A stretch of 64,000 nucleotides of DNA from Carpediemonas membranifera BICM (taxonomy: Eukaryota > Protista > Fornicata), in contig JAHDYR010000067.1 of assembly GCA_019828565.1 (NCBI GenBank), positions 650,244 through 714,243 on the forward strand, read 5' to 3'. Below are positions 1 through 10,085 of this stretch, piece by piece. The notes beneath the pieces are model-generated. The model ran no database searches, had not been told where the DNA came from, and was given only the letters and a program-made list of their open reading frames with translations. How positions within the stretch are numbered: the first letter of the stretch is position 1; each line of letters starts with the position of its first letter. The translations under genes were made by a program, and so were the position numbers.

Positions 1-14
1 TCTGTAGATATATC

Positions 15-803
15 ATGCCGGACACCATTTACTATGTGTTTTATAACTTCGTCGTTGTCCCGTTCTCTATAGTGTATATCATTCTTTTATACACCATAAT
101 TCCCGTCATGTTTATTATCGTACCAGGAAGGGTCAAGCGGTGCGTCCCCCAGGCGGTGGCGAGCAGCCCGAGGTGCAGACGGTACCTGCGCTCGTTCATG
201 AAACGCCAGTACTGCGAGGAAAATTTCGACTTTCTGACTGTTACCGCCAAGTTCAGGGCCCAGGCCTCGAATATGCCGAGTTCCCAGGACAGAAAGCTTC
301 TTGCTAAGAGCATCTCAGCCCAAGAGATATATGACGCTTTCATTTCTGACTTTGGTGACTTCCAGGTCAATCTTCGTCAAGATACGTGTCTCACGATCCT
401 TCACAGAATCAAATCGGATGATATCTCGGCTGACCTGTTCGAGCAGGCGGAGAAGGATGTTTGGGCGATCATCAACGGCGACGTCTACCCCCGTTTCCTC
501 TCCAGCGACGAGTACGGCCACATGGAGCTCATGCTGCGCCACGGCGGCGCCATTAAGGCCGTCTCCGTGATTGGCGCGGGCTTCATTCTTGCGCGCCAGG
601 GTATCAAGGAACGCCTCATCAAGTACGGCGTCATCAAGGACCATGGTTCCGTCGACGAGAGCTGGGTGCACCCGTTTATGAGGCCGGACGCGTTTAAGTT
701 CGACCGGGATGCCCACAAGAACGTTGAGATGATGGAGAACCCGTTAGCGCAGGCATACCCCGCCGTCGGGGGCGGTATGCCTGGCCCTCTCTCCTCGATA
801 TAG
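15..803 (+). CDS. RGS (regulator of G-protein signalling) domain protein with N-terminal hydrophobic helix; may extend upstream of the window
   Basis: RGS motifs FMKRQYCEENFDF, AQEIYDAFI, FQVNL, LFEQAEKDV and DVYPRFLSS; hydrophobic N-terminus; frame is open back to the window start. Confidence 0.85.
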   Translation: MPDTIYYVFYNFVVVPFSIVYIILLYTIIPVMFIIVPGRVKRCVPQAVASSPRCRRYLRSFMKRQYCEENFDFLTVTAKFRAQASNMPSSQDRKLLAKSISAQEIYDAFISDFGDFQVNLRQDTCLTILHRIKSDDISADLFEQAEKDVWAIINGDVYPRFLSSDEYGHMELMLRHGGAIKAVSVIGAGFILARQGIKERLIKYGVIKDHGSVDESWVHPFMRPDAFKFDRDAHKNVEMMENPLAQAYPAVGGGMPGPLSSI

Positions 804-1241
804 TTGTTGCTTCAGTTTTTGCTTGGGTTGCTGGTGAGCTTGGTAAGTTGCGGTTGCACCTCGCGTCTTCCTCTATTCTTGCTGAATGTTGGTGGTGTGT
901 GCTCTTCCCGGTAGTCGGCACTCATGTAGATTCTTCAGTAAACTCTTAGATACGCTTCTCGATGACGGCGTTGAGGCGACTTGGCTCTGTCTCGACGCTC
1001 GTTCCATCGCGTAAGATGGGGCAAGTGGGGCAACCAAGGCAAGGAGCATCCCTCGCTGATATGGAAATGGATCAGAAAGGTGTTGTGGCATTTGAAAGTG
1101 CGTCCCTCCACCGATCTTTCGACACACACCGCTGGCGATCATGTGGTGAAGTCAGCCATCGATCATTCTGTAGTCGATCAGCCTTGATCATTATCGGCAT
1201 CAACGCGGGAAGTGATCCGGAGGCGACGAGTATCACACAAT

Positions 1242-2858
1242 TTATGAATCATTCGGGTCGACGTCGACGGGAATGATGTCTCTCGGCCTTCTGGGCGCCT
1301 CGCACTCGACCAGCTCAGCCACCCCATCTGACTCACCCACCTTGAACCACTGGCCAGTTGAGCCGCAGAAGCGGAGGCGGCATTTGTTGACCGCTGTCGC
1401 CTCAATTGGAACCATGGTAAGATTCCCACGGTGGCAGTAGTGGGTGACACCCTCGGTCACCCAGACCATCCGATCATATTCACCCCAGAACCCCTTGACC
1501 CTCTCTGGGAACCAGAGCGGGGTGGATGTGAGGCACTTGTCGCGTTCGCTGAAACCAGGCAGCAGGCCCGACTGGGCGATATGAAAGGGAACTTCGCCGG
1601 CGAAGAGCAGCTGGCGGCCGCTGAGGAAGACGGTGAAAAAACGAGTCTCTGAAGTCATGATCCGGTCGACCCAGAAGGGCAGGTCGACGAAGCGTGTCAT
1701 ATCATCATCGTGCCCGAGCCCCAACCGGCCACAATAGTTGCCCCCGCTGATCATCTGCCGATCGCCCATTGAGAGGATGACAGTTGTTGCATTGAGCAGA
1801 CCTGCATGCATGATGTGATCTGGGACAAAGCCAGACGGCACTGCTACTGGGGTGAACGGACGTCTATTGCCCCTCTCGGCTTCGCCTATGAACCAATTCG
1901 CCTTGTTGCCCGCCATGACAGTGCCGACCGGAGTGAGTATGAACGTCTGATATTCATATATCGACACAGCAGTCACCATCCTGTGCTTCTCCCAGGGGGG
2001 CAGGCTGGCCTCGAGCGCGGCGACCTTGGGGCAGGCGGGGAAGGTGAGGCGGGTCGGGTCGTTGAACTTAAATGACTGGAACCCAAGCTGGCTACGTCCG
2101 CTAGTGCCCCAGCCCCACATGCCCTTGGGCGTCCTGGCGATGTGGGTGAACCAGTAGCCGTAGACCTCGAGGGCCCTGGGCATCCTGGCCCTGGTGAGGG
2201 CGGTGTGGTGTCTCGTGTCGAGCATGAAGAGGCGGCCCATGTACATGTGGTGGTGGTAGCAATATTCGTACTCTGTGAACTGATAGCACTCGCCGTCCTT
2301 CTCTGCGACATTAAACGTGAAGAAGAACTTGCGGCAGAGGAACCAGAGGCACTTGGCCTCGGGGGTGAGAGCGTTGCGGATCTTGTCGTGTGTCTCCCGA
2401 TCACGAGGCCGCCTCATTAGATTATCCTTCAGCACTCTGTCCTCGAGGTCGGGGTTGGCCCCGCCGCCCAGCAGACACGCCCACACCGCGCCCTGGTTCA
2501 GCGTGTGCAGGGCGACCGGGAGCTCCTGCCCCGCCACCAGCTCGACGTTCATGGACAGCGGGGGGCCGCTGGTGAGGATCGAGCGGGCGCGGTCGAGGAG
2601 GGCTTGCGCGGACGGTTCAAGAGGGGGGAGCTTGGAGAGCGTGGCGAGGAGGGATTCGAGAGAAGGGGCGCTCGCTGGTGTAGAAGTGCTCTTGTCGTTG
2701 TGGATCGAGGGCATCTGCTTCTTGAAGTGCCTGGAGTAGGCGCATTGGATCAAACAGGGGATGTCCCCAGAGATGGAGGCCGTCACAACAAGCGAGGCGC
2801 GGAATGCGGTGATCAGCGCATCTCTGATGGCAGATGGCGAGGAGCTAGCGCTGCTCAT
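1242..2858 (-). CDS. RCC1/BLIP-II-like multicopy family protein, copy 1 (intact, 538 aa)
   Basis: RCC1-like motifs GMWGWGTSGRSQLG and ISGGNYCGRLGLG; highly similar to four other copies in the window. Confidence 0.7.
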   Translation of the reverse strand: MSSASSSPSAIRDALITAFRASLVVTASISGDIPCLIQCAYSRHFKKQMPSIHNDKSTSTPASAPSLESLLATLSKLPPLEPSAQALLDRARSILTSGPPLSMNVELVAGQELPVALHTLNQGAVWACLLGGGANPDLEDRVLKDNLMRRPRDRETHDKIRNALTPEAKCLWFLCRKFFFTFNVAEKDGECYQFTEYEYCYHHHMYMGRLFMLDTRHHTALTRARMPRALEVYGYWFTHIARTPKGMWGWGTSGRSQLGFQSFKFNDPTRLTFPACPKVAALEASLPPWEKHRMVTAVSIYEYQTFILTPVGTVMAGNKANWFIGEAERGNRRPFTPVAVPSGFVPDHIMHAGLLNATTVILSMGDRQMISGGNYCGRLGLGHDDDMTRFVDLPFWVDRIMTSETRFFTVFLSGRQLLFAGEVPFHIAQSGLLPGFSERDKCLTSTPLWFPERVKGFWGEYDRMVWVTEGVTHYCHRGNLTMVPIEATAVNKCRLRFCGSTGQWFKVGESDGVAELVECEAPRRPRDIIPVDVDPNDS

Positions 2859-2997
2859 TGGTTTCAGCGCTCAGCTCGGTGGTGCCAAAATTCTGACTGC
2901 CGACTCGCCGACCGCCGACGCCAGCTGGGAGGTCGGGAGATGAGGCATGACCATCGCCTGCACTATCGGACACGGGATCATTTACTGCCCAGGCGGC

Positions 2998-3898
2998 TCA
3001 CTCGTCCTCCGTAACCCACCCCTCATCGTCCTCCTCTCCACCCTCCTCATCATCCGCAGGCAGCGGCGAGAGCTGCCTACTATGCGGCATGGTCGGCAGC
3101 GACTGGATGGTCGCGGCCGGACTGACAGAGGGCGGTCTGCCAGTTGTGACCAAGCTACACGGCACACTCGCCTCGACCTGATGGGCCCAGAGGTTGAGGA
3201 AAAGAGAGTTCAACGCGCTAAGTCTTATCCGCTGATGGGGATAGTAGACTGGATTTTGGTAATACGAGGCGTTAAACACGAAGCTCGGGCAGCAGATCAT
3301 GAGGCCGACGAGTGAAGCGGTGGGAATGCGTCGTGTGTCATACGTGAACATCGTTCGGATTGGGACCGAGGAGGAAAGCTTGTGGATCTCGGCCTGGAGG
3401 CGCAAAAAGGCATGCAGAGGGAACTCGATCTCGTGTGGAAGCATGGGGGAGAGGCAGTTCGCCTCAAAGACTATGTACACGCCGCGGCCGCTAGCTTCGG
3501 CCTCGGCGACGAATGATGCAAACGGCTCAAGTCTCTTTTGCACATCAACAGGAGACCACAGGGTGTTTTCGTCGAAAAACTGCTCACCGCTAAGTATACT
3601 GATCTTCTTGGTGACGACATGTAGACTGGGCATGATCTGCTGCTTGCGGAGCGTCGACATCACAAATGGGAAGGCTTGCTGTGAAGTCACCCAAAGAACA
3701 ATGTCATTGGTGCCTAGAAAGCAGGGACGAATGAAAGACACAGCTGAGTGCAACTGATCATCACTGTTATCATAAATTAGCGTCAGGTTGAGCTTGTTAT
3801 CGTCAGAATGCTCAGCGACATATTCAGAGAAGGGCTATATGAGAATTCGAGGAGCAACCAACCTTTACGCATGCATATGATTGCATATACCGTTCCAT
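2998..3898 (-). CDS. MEDS (DcmR-like sensory) domain protein; predicted 28-nt intron 3835-3862
   Basis: Spliced N-terminus MERYMQSYACVK|PFSEY...LIYDNSDDQLHSAVSFI; C-terminal TYDTRRI...CP...YQNPVYYP matches the MEDS pattern; intron GTTGGT...ATATAG removes an in-frame stop. Confidence 0.6.
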
Positions 3899-4187
3899 TT
3901 CTCTGGGTTCGTTCGCGTTGATCTGTTTTGGAGTTTTGCTTCGAGCTAGAGTCACAGTCGCTGGGTGCCTCACCCCATAGCGGACTCACCAAGCCCTAAG
4001 AAGTGACTGGCAGATAGGCACACTGGCCCATTCACCCCAAACCATTCGATAAATGTTGAAGTAAGAAGGGGAACTGAAAGACACAATCACACGGAAGCTA
4101 GACACTAACCTTAACAGCTAACGGCCTGTCAGACACTTCATTCATTCTCGTTTCATCCCCGAGGGTATGATCTTTATGATAAAGAAC

Positions 4188-4574
4188 TTACTTGCCTTGA
4201 AGAACAGCCTCCTTCTTGGTGCAACGGACCTTCTTGGCGCGGTTCTTGCGCTGGTGGCGCTGCTGGCGGGAAGACTCGACCTTGGTCTCGAGACCGGCGC
4301 GGACAAGGCGGAACTTGGGCTCGAACTTCATCATCTCCTCACGCTTGTTGTAGATGAGGCAGAAGCCAGTGGACTTGTTGCCACCGAACTGAGTGCGGAA
4401 GCCATGGAGGATGCAGCACTCGGCGTCCTTGATCTTGAAGGTGGCGACAAGCTTCTGCTTGATCTCCTCGCGGGAAACGTTGGCCATACCGGGGTGGTGG
4501 ATATCAACGATCGCCTGACGACGGCCGATAACGGCGTTGTTCATCATCTTACGGGTCCTAACAGTGAAAGACAT
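4188..4574 (-). CDS. RPS24: 40S ribosomal protein S24 (eS24)
   Basis: TVRTRK..N..IGRRQ..VDIHHPG, GFRTQFGGNKSTGFCLIY, KFEPKFRLVR, RKNRAKKVR. Confidence 0.97.
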   Translation of the reverse strand: MSFTVRTRKMMNNAVIGRRQAIVDIHHPGMANVSREEIKQKLVATFKIKDAECCILHGFRTQFGGNKSTGFCLIYNKREEMMKFEPKFRLVRAGLETKVESSRQQRHQRKNRAKKVRCTKKEAVLQGK

Positions 4575-5019
4575 GCAGAACAGGCGCTCGAAGCTGCTAC
4601 TCGAAAGGCGCTGAAGGAAGAAAGGGTTTTTGGCAAAAGTGGTCTAAACCAATACGCATCCGCCAGGGGTATTTGGGCCGATATAGGGCCGTATAGTCTA
4701 GCAATGTTGTAATGGCTGCTCTTTGCGCATATTCAAATACTTTTGTTGCTGTGAGAGGGCTGGGTAATTGATGGCTCTCGGTCGGGCCCGAAAAACGCTC
4801 AAGGGCAAGCCTGGGTATCTATACTGTGTGAGGTTTATGGTTAGTTAACCATTGTTAGCATGTGCTCGATCTCTTGGCTATGAAGTTTCATGCTCTTGGG
4901 CATTCAAAACTCGAAAAAACTCCACGCTCCAGGGTCAGGAGCTACTCGAGCTGCGAGCGTGTGATAGCACTGCGGGACTTGCTTGAGCGAGCGAGACTCG
5001 AGCCGACTGTGCGACGACG

Positions 5020-5460
5020 ATGGAGATTCTCCTCAATCGCATCGAGCGCCTCGAAGAGCATCTGAAAGGGCGCAATGATAGCTTATTGCTGAAGCAAAAC
5101 ATCGCTGAAATGCAGCAGGTTGTTTCTGAGATCTGCCAGAAGAGGCGCATCGATCAAGCCGCTCTCCGCCAAACAGCCAAGTACATGGACCTCAAGATCG
5201 AGAACATTGCTCCTCGCAGTGCTCAACTTGCTGTTATCCACACGATTGCCGCCGAACTGGACAAGATGGACCATGTCATCTCGCTTGTTGCAGAGAGCCT
5301 GCCGACCATCTCAGCAGGCTGGATGGACGATGCCCTGGCCCAAAAGGAGAGGGTCCGTGTACTAGTTAACAACCAGCTCGCCCTGCTGCATGCTATCGTG
5401 GAGCAAGCGGCTGTAGTCGATGCCCTTGCTTTGAACCACGCCAGGGCAGGCGGGCAGTAG
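5020..5460 (+). CDS. Hypothetical helical/coiled-coil protein (weak resemblance to the dynactin p22/p24 N-terminus)
   Basis: 146-aa ATG ORF filling the intergenic gap; begins LLNRIERLEEHLKG. Confidence 0.5.
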   Translation: MEILLNRIERLEEHLKGRNDSLLLKQNIAEMQQVVSEICQKRRIDQAALRQTAKYMDLKIENIAPRSAQLAVIHTIAAELDKMDHVISLVAESLPTISAGWMDDALAQKERVRVLVNNQLALLHAIVEQAAVVDALALNHARAGGQ

Positions 5461-5682
5461 GCTGTTGGTGATATATGATCAGTAATCATGTGACAAGAGC
5501 CCTTAGTCGGCATACATCAATGAGCTCTGTCGACAACCAGTCATATGCCAACTCATGTTCTTCATTATCTTGCAACGGCTCGGTTGAGTCAAAGAGCTTC
5601 ACCAGTAAACACACCATGAAACACAGTGAAGCGGCGACCTTTATCTGTAGCTGTACCGATCTTGCATGGCTGGGGGCCTCGA

Positions 5683-5962
5683 TCAGATCGTCTCGAGGGG
5701 AACGACCGAGATGACGCTATTCCCGCGAACAACGCACGTCCCACACTCGATAGTGCTTCCATCCTTGCACTTTTCTTGCGTCTCAACAATCGTGAGATTC
5801 GAGAACACATCGTAGCCCATCAAAACGCCCTCGACGCGGCGATTGCCGATGAGAGTGAGCTCTACGCGGTTATTAAGGTAGCTGAGTAACATTTGCGGGT
5901 AGTTTGGAGGAAACGAACGTGTTGATTCCAGGGGGAAGCTTCAATTGCCTGGTTCTTGGCAT
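5683..5962 (-). CDS. SNRPG: Sm-fold protein, SmG-like; predicted 37-nt intron 5882-5918
   Basis: Sm1 motif NRRVEGVLMGYDVFSNL and Sm2 motif VVRGNSV; splicing GTTCGT...CTCAG gives MPRTRQLKLPPGINTYLNNRV, like SmG PPELKKYMDK. Confidence 0.8.
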
Positions 5963-6116
5963 TTTGGGCTCTTTCCTATCCCGCGAAACATACACCTCAT
6001 GTAGCAAACGTAAATGGCTTTATTTCTACAAGTATGGGCAGCAGCGCAGTCTAAAATCGCTGAGTCGTCACCTCCTTTCCCCCCATCAGATCCTCTTCTT
6101 TTCATTTCCAATTTCT

Positions 6117-6579
6117 TCAGAAAAAGGCAGCGGCGCACACTGGCATAGTAATGACGGCCAACAGTAGCCACATAAATCCCAGATAGTAATCGTATACCAC
6201 GATGTATGTCTGCAGTACGGAGAGATACAGCACGTCAGCGGCGGCGAATACGAAGAGAACGAGGCACGGAATGAAGTCGAGAAAGGTGACGCGGCGACGG
6301 TTGAACTTTCGAAGAAGTGAGAGGCGGACAGCATCCGTAATAATGAAGCTAAACATCACTATGCCGTCGATAAGGCCTCTGAAAAGGTTATACTGGAGCT
6401 CTGAGACTGGATAAGGGTTGCGGGAGATACCAACGCTTCCAGACGGAAATTAGCACTAATAGGGTCATATAGAACGCTAAGTAGTACCTGCTATATAGAA
6501 GAAGCAGCTCAGATGGAACGGTTAGGATTTGGAGCAGCCGCATATGGCGTTGCATGCCAAACATGCCGAAATATAACAT
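6117..6579 (-). CDS. TMEM216/TMEM17/TMEM80-family ciliary transition-zone membrane protein; predicted 28-nt intron 6407-6434; start uncertain
   Basis: Two hydrophobic ORFs are joined in frame by GTTGGT...TCCAG, giving WKLSELQYNLFRGLIDGIVMFSFIITDAVRL; family motif LQTY(I/V). Confidence 0.7.
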
Positions 6580-6704
6580 GTAGCATGTCTCACGGCTCAG
6601 CCGCAGTCATTGGGAGCATCAAAGTCCATTTACCAGCAGCGCTGTATGATTCCACGACCCGCCCCACATAATTCCGTCATTTCCTCCATTCTCTCTACAA
6701 CTCA

Positions 6705-9700
6705 ATGATACTTAAACAGAGGCCCACAGGCCCCTACACCGAGAGATCCGACCCAGTCTTGCTCACCGAGCTTTCCGGCGGGCCGGATGACGTGACATCG
6801 ACTTTGATCGAGTCGGGATATTTCGCTCAAAATCTCATGGGTGGAGTACGAAGCGTGCTGCTCCCACAAACTGGTGCCCAAAACATCAGTAAGCGCGATG
6901 ATACCTCACTATTGTTGACAATCGGCACCGAAGAAGAGATCTATCACTGCGATTCAGTGGTTGCCGCCAATCTCGGAGCCTCCTACAGTTCTATATGCCA
7001 TCCCGTAGTAGAGAACGTTGCCCATGGTATAAGTGGCAGCATCGTCTTCATTGGTGCCCCAGGAGCTTCCATTAGCAGCGAAATTTCTTCCTCCGCCGCA
7101 GAAAATTCCATAGTACGTCAAGCCGCTGGCCAGCTCATTGCTTCCGCTCAAGACCAGCGCAATGCTCAGACGAACTGTTTTGTCACCTTGCGCAGCATTG
7201 CCATTGGCGCCGACTTCTCCCACGATCTTCTCAGTCCCGATTCTTCAGACCTGACGCTTGCTGAGTCTGAAGGGGGGGCTGTTACAAACACAAGCTGGAC
7301 AAAGGTGAGCACTGATACACAGGTCACTACTGTCCTGGACAGATTCGCTGTTGTTCAGCAGCTGAAGATGGACTCGACCCAGCTGAAGCAGGCCTCGATA
7401 GTCTGGCTCCTCGGCCTCCATGAGGAGTCTGACAAGCACTCGGTCGTCTCCCAACTCGCCATCGTTCAGATGCCCGAGTGGTCCGGGTCTACCCGTGTCC
7501 ACGATGCTCTCGCCGAGTGTCTCCAAGCACTGAGCAAGATCATTGGCGGGCTCGGCTCTAGGGCACATGGGCACGATGTTCCATTCCACGTGCCATACCA
7601 GAGCTCTGTGCTCACCACCCTCCTCAGCAAAAATCTCGAGAACTTGAACGTCGAGGTGGTGGCAGTCTTCCCCCCAGCTGCCGAGGATGCCACTCGGAGC
7701 CTGCTGAGCTACATCCACAACCTCCGGCTCGGGTGGGTCCCCGTGCCATCACCTACAGCCGCTGCGTACAAACCGGCCGCATCCCACAGTTATTCTCAGT
7801 CAACTCGCCACAACGGACCGACTGATGCTCAGCAGTCCAGCACTATCGTATTTACCTCCCAGGCGATCCCGTCTACCCCACCCAGATACCAGAGCTACGA
7901 GTCACCCAACCCGGCAGACCAGCGCGGTCGAGTACAGGCCGAGTCCCGTGTCAAGGAGCTTCAGGCACAGCTTTATGAGGAACGTCAGAACAGTTCGGTC
8001 GTACAGCAGTCCGTGAACGGATACAAGCGGAAGATCGCGGAGCTCGAGCAGGCTTTGAAGGCGAGTCGGGCAACGAACGAGGCGTACGGGGTCGAGGTAG
8101 ACCAGTTTGACTCACTTGAACGCGAGAACTCAGAGCTTAGAAGCAAGTTGGCTGACGCGGAGAGCACTATCGTCGAGCTTGAGTCGCAGCTTACCGATCT
8201 CTCTTCGGCTGAGGTCCGCGCGAAGGAGGCTGAGGCGGCACTCGACTCAGTCCGCCAGCTGGCAGCCGAGAGCGCAGACAAGACAACAGCTTCTGACAAG
8301 CGGCTGCGGCAGGTGCAGGACGAGATGGCAGTGCTTGAAGACGAGGTGGGTCAGCTCCGCAGGGATGAGGGGGTGATGGCCGATAGGTTGCTGGCGACTA
8401 AGCTCGAGAAAGACATGGTCGAGAACAAGCTCACCAACGCGCAGTCCGAGCTCGTCGAGCTCACCCAACGTTTGTCTGAAAAGACTGCTGCGGAGAACAG
8501 ACTTCTCGCTGAGACTACTGAGTTGAAAGACACACTGGCTGACACTGAAAAGCAGCTTAAGCGGATCACGGGCGAACTGAAGGAGCTCGAGGGGAAGCAT
8601 ACGACTCTCAGTCAATCTCACAGAGAGCTGTTGGAGAGAGTAGCGGCGACTACAACTCAGCTTGACCAGTCGCGTGAGGCAGGAAGCGGTATGAACGTCA
8701 TGATTGCAAAACTGCGCGAAGACAACACAGGGCTGACTGAAGCAAACAAGCAGCTTGAGCTGAACCTCACCGCTGAGCACCAGCTCAGGAACAAGGTGAC
8801 GAAAGACGCCGAGATGTTCAAGAGCCAGTGCGAGACCATGGAGCAGCAGATCGCCCAGCTCGTGGACCACAAGGACGAGCTTGAGAGGAATATCGGACTG
8901 CAGAAGAAGGCGCTCAAGGACAGCGAGAGGAGGGTTGAGGATCTCGAGTCGGTTACTAAGCGAAGCAGGAAGCACACAGCGAAGCTCGAGAAGCAGGGAG
9001 AGGAGAGCCGGGTTTTGATTAGCTCATTGTCAACTCAGGTTGACTCGCTGAAGTCGAAACTTACTGATGAGCAGAACAAGGTCGGTGACCTCGAGCACGA
9101 GCTGATGCAACTCAACGGCAAGCACCAGACACTCGCGAGACAGCAAAAGGACTCGGCCGACAGAGCCAGCCGCAGTGCAAACACCGTCGAGACTCTCAGC
9201 GCGAGGGTTGCTCAGCAGCAGAACGACCTCCTCGACTCCGCCAGTGAAATCAGGCGCCAGAGAGACACAAACGAGGACCTCACAACCAAGCTGAACTCCA
9301 AGGAAGTGGCCCTGTCCAATGCCAAGCAGAGGCTCAAGGAGCTCGAGCACGAGGTCGAGACTCTTCGCACCGAGAGAAACCAGCAAACACGCAGGCTGGC
9401 CGAGCTCGAGACCAAGGCCGAGTCCGCCCAGGCGCAGACCCAAGGTCCGGCGGCTTCGAAGGCCGAGACTGTATACCACTCATTTGCTCCAGAGTCTACC
9501 TTTGCCTCTCATTGGGCGGGCCAACCCGACCATTCCGCAGTTTATGGCAGTCAGTCACAATACCGACCGACGCCGTATGTCAATCAGGCACCAGCGCCAC
9601 GCTACGACTATGGGTCGACTCAGCCTCAGCCTCCAGCACGGTACTCTCGGTGTGAGCCCTACCACTCTTACCAGCCAACCACGAGTGCCTCCGGCTACGG

Positions 9701-9893
9701 TGGTCCCATGGCGCAACGCTCAGTGTACAGTGGCACAGCCGCGCCTCTTTCTCGGTTCGACCTTGAGTCAGGTAAGACCATGTATACTGGCCAGGCGATG
9801 ACTGACGAGGGACAGACCAGTGTGAATGTTGTGAGGACCGAGAGCCCAGGTCGCCGGGAGATTCAGCTCACCATGAGTGAGCCACGGACGTGA
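6705..9893 (+). CDS. Divergent kinesin-like motor domain followed by a long coiled coil
   Basis: HVPYQSSVLTTLL resembles HVPYRDSKLTRLL; PVVENVAHGISGSIVFIG resembles the pre-P-loop segment; about 500 aa of heptad repeats; P/Y/S-rich tail. Confidence 0.7.
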   Translation: MILKQRPTGPYTERSDPVLLTELSGGPDDVTSTLIESGYFAQNLMGGVRSVLLPQTGAQNISKRDDTSLLLTIGTEEEIYHCDSVVAANLGASYSSICHPVVENVAHGISGSIVFIGAPGASISSEISSSAAENSIVRQAAGQLIASAQDQRNAQTNCFVTLRSIAIGADFSHDLLSPDSSDLTLAESEGGAVTNTSWTKVSTDTQVTTVLDRFAVVQQLKMDSTQLKQASIVWLLGLHEESDKHSVVSQLAIVQMPEWSGSTRVHDALAECLQALSKIIGGLGSRAHGHDVPFHVPYQSSVLTTLLSKNLENLNVEVVAVFPPAAEDATRSLLSYIHNLRLGWVPVPSPTAAAYKPAASHSYSQSTRHNGPTDAQQSSTIVFTSQAIPSTPPRYQSYESPNPADQRGRVQAESRVKELQAQLYEERQNSSVVQQSVNGYKRKIAELEQALKASRATNEAYGVEVDQFDSLERENSELRSKLADAESTIVELESQLTDLSSAEVRAKEAEAALDSVRQLAAESADKTTASDKRLRQVQDEMAVLEDEVGQLRRDEGVMADRLLATKLEKDMVENKLTNAQSELVELTQRLSEKTAAENRLLAETTELKDTLADTEKQLKRITGELKELEGKHTTLSQSHRELLERVAATTTQLDQSREAGSGMNVMIAKLREDNTGLTEANKQLELNLTAEHQLRNKVTKDAEMFKSQCETMEQQIAQLVDHKDELERNIGLQKKALKDSERRVEDLESVTKRSRKHTAKLEKQGEESRVLISSLSTQVDSLKSKLTDEQNKVGDLEHELMQLNGKHQTLARQQKDSADRASRSANTVETLSARVAQQQNDLLDSASEIRRQRDTNEDLTTKLNSKEVALSNAKQRLKELEHEVETLRTERNQQTRRLAELETKAESAQAQTQGPAASKAETVYHSFAPESTFASHWAGQPDHSAVYGSQSQYRPTPYVNQAPAPRYDYGSTQPQPPARYSRCEPYHSYQPTTSASGYGGPMAQRSVYSGTAAPLSRFDLESGKTMYTGQAMTDEGQTSVNVVRTESPGRREIQLTMSEPRT

Positions 9894-10085
9894 GAGTGTT
9901 TATGAATAAAGCTAGGAAAGAGAGAGTTATCGGCGTACTTGTTCTTGCTGGTTTCTGAACTGTCATGTCAAGTTTCGGCGATGAATGAATATGACATTGT
10001 ATTGGAGTAGATGACAGCAATCTCGATGTTGGCCCTTCCGTGCTGGGTCCACTTGTCGCCAGCCTATTTGCGACATACAGAAATT

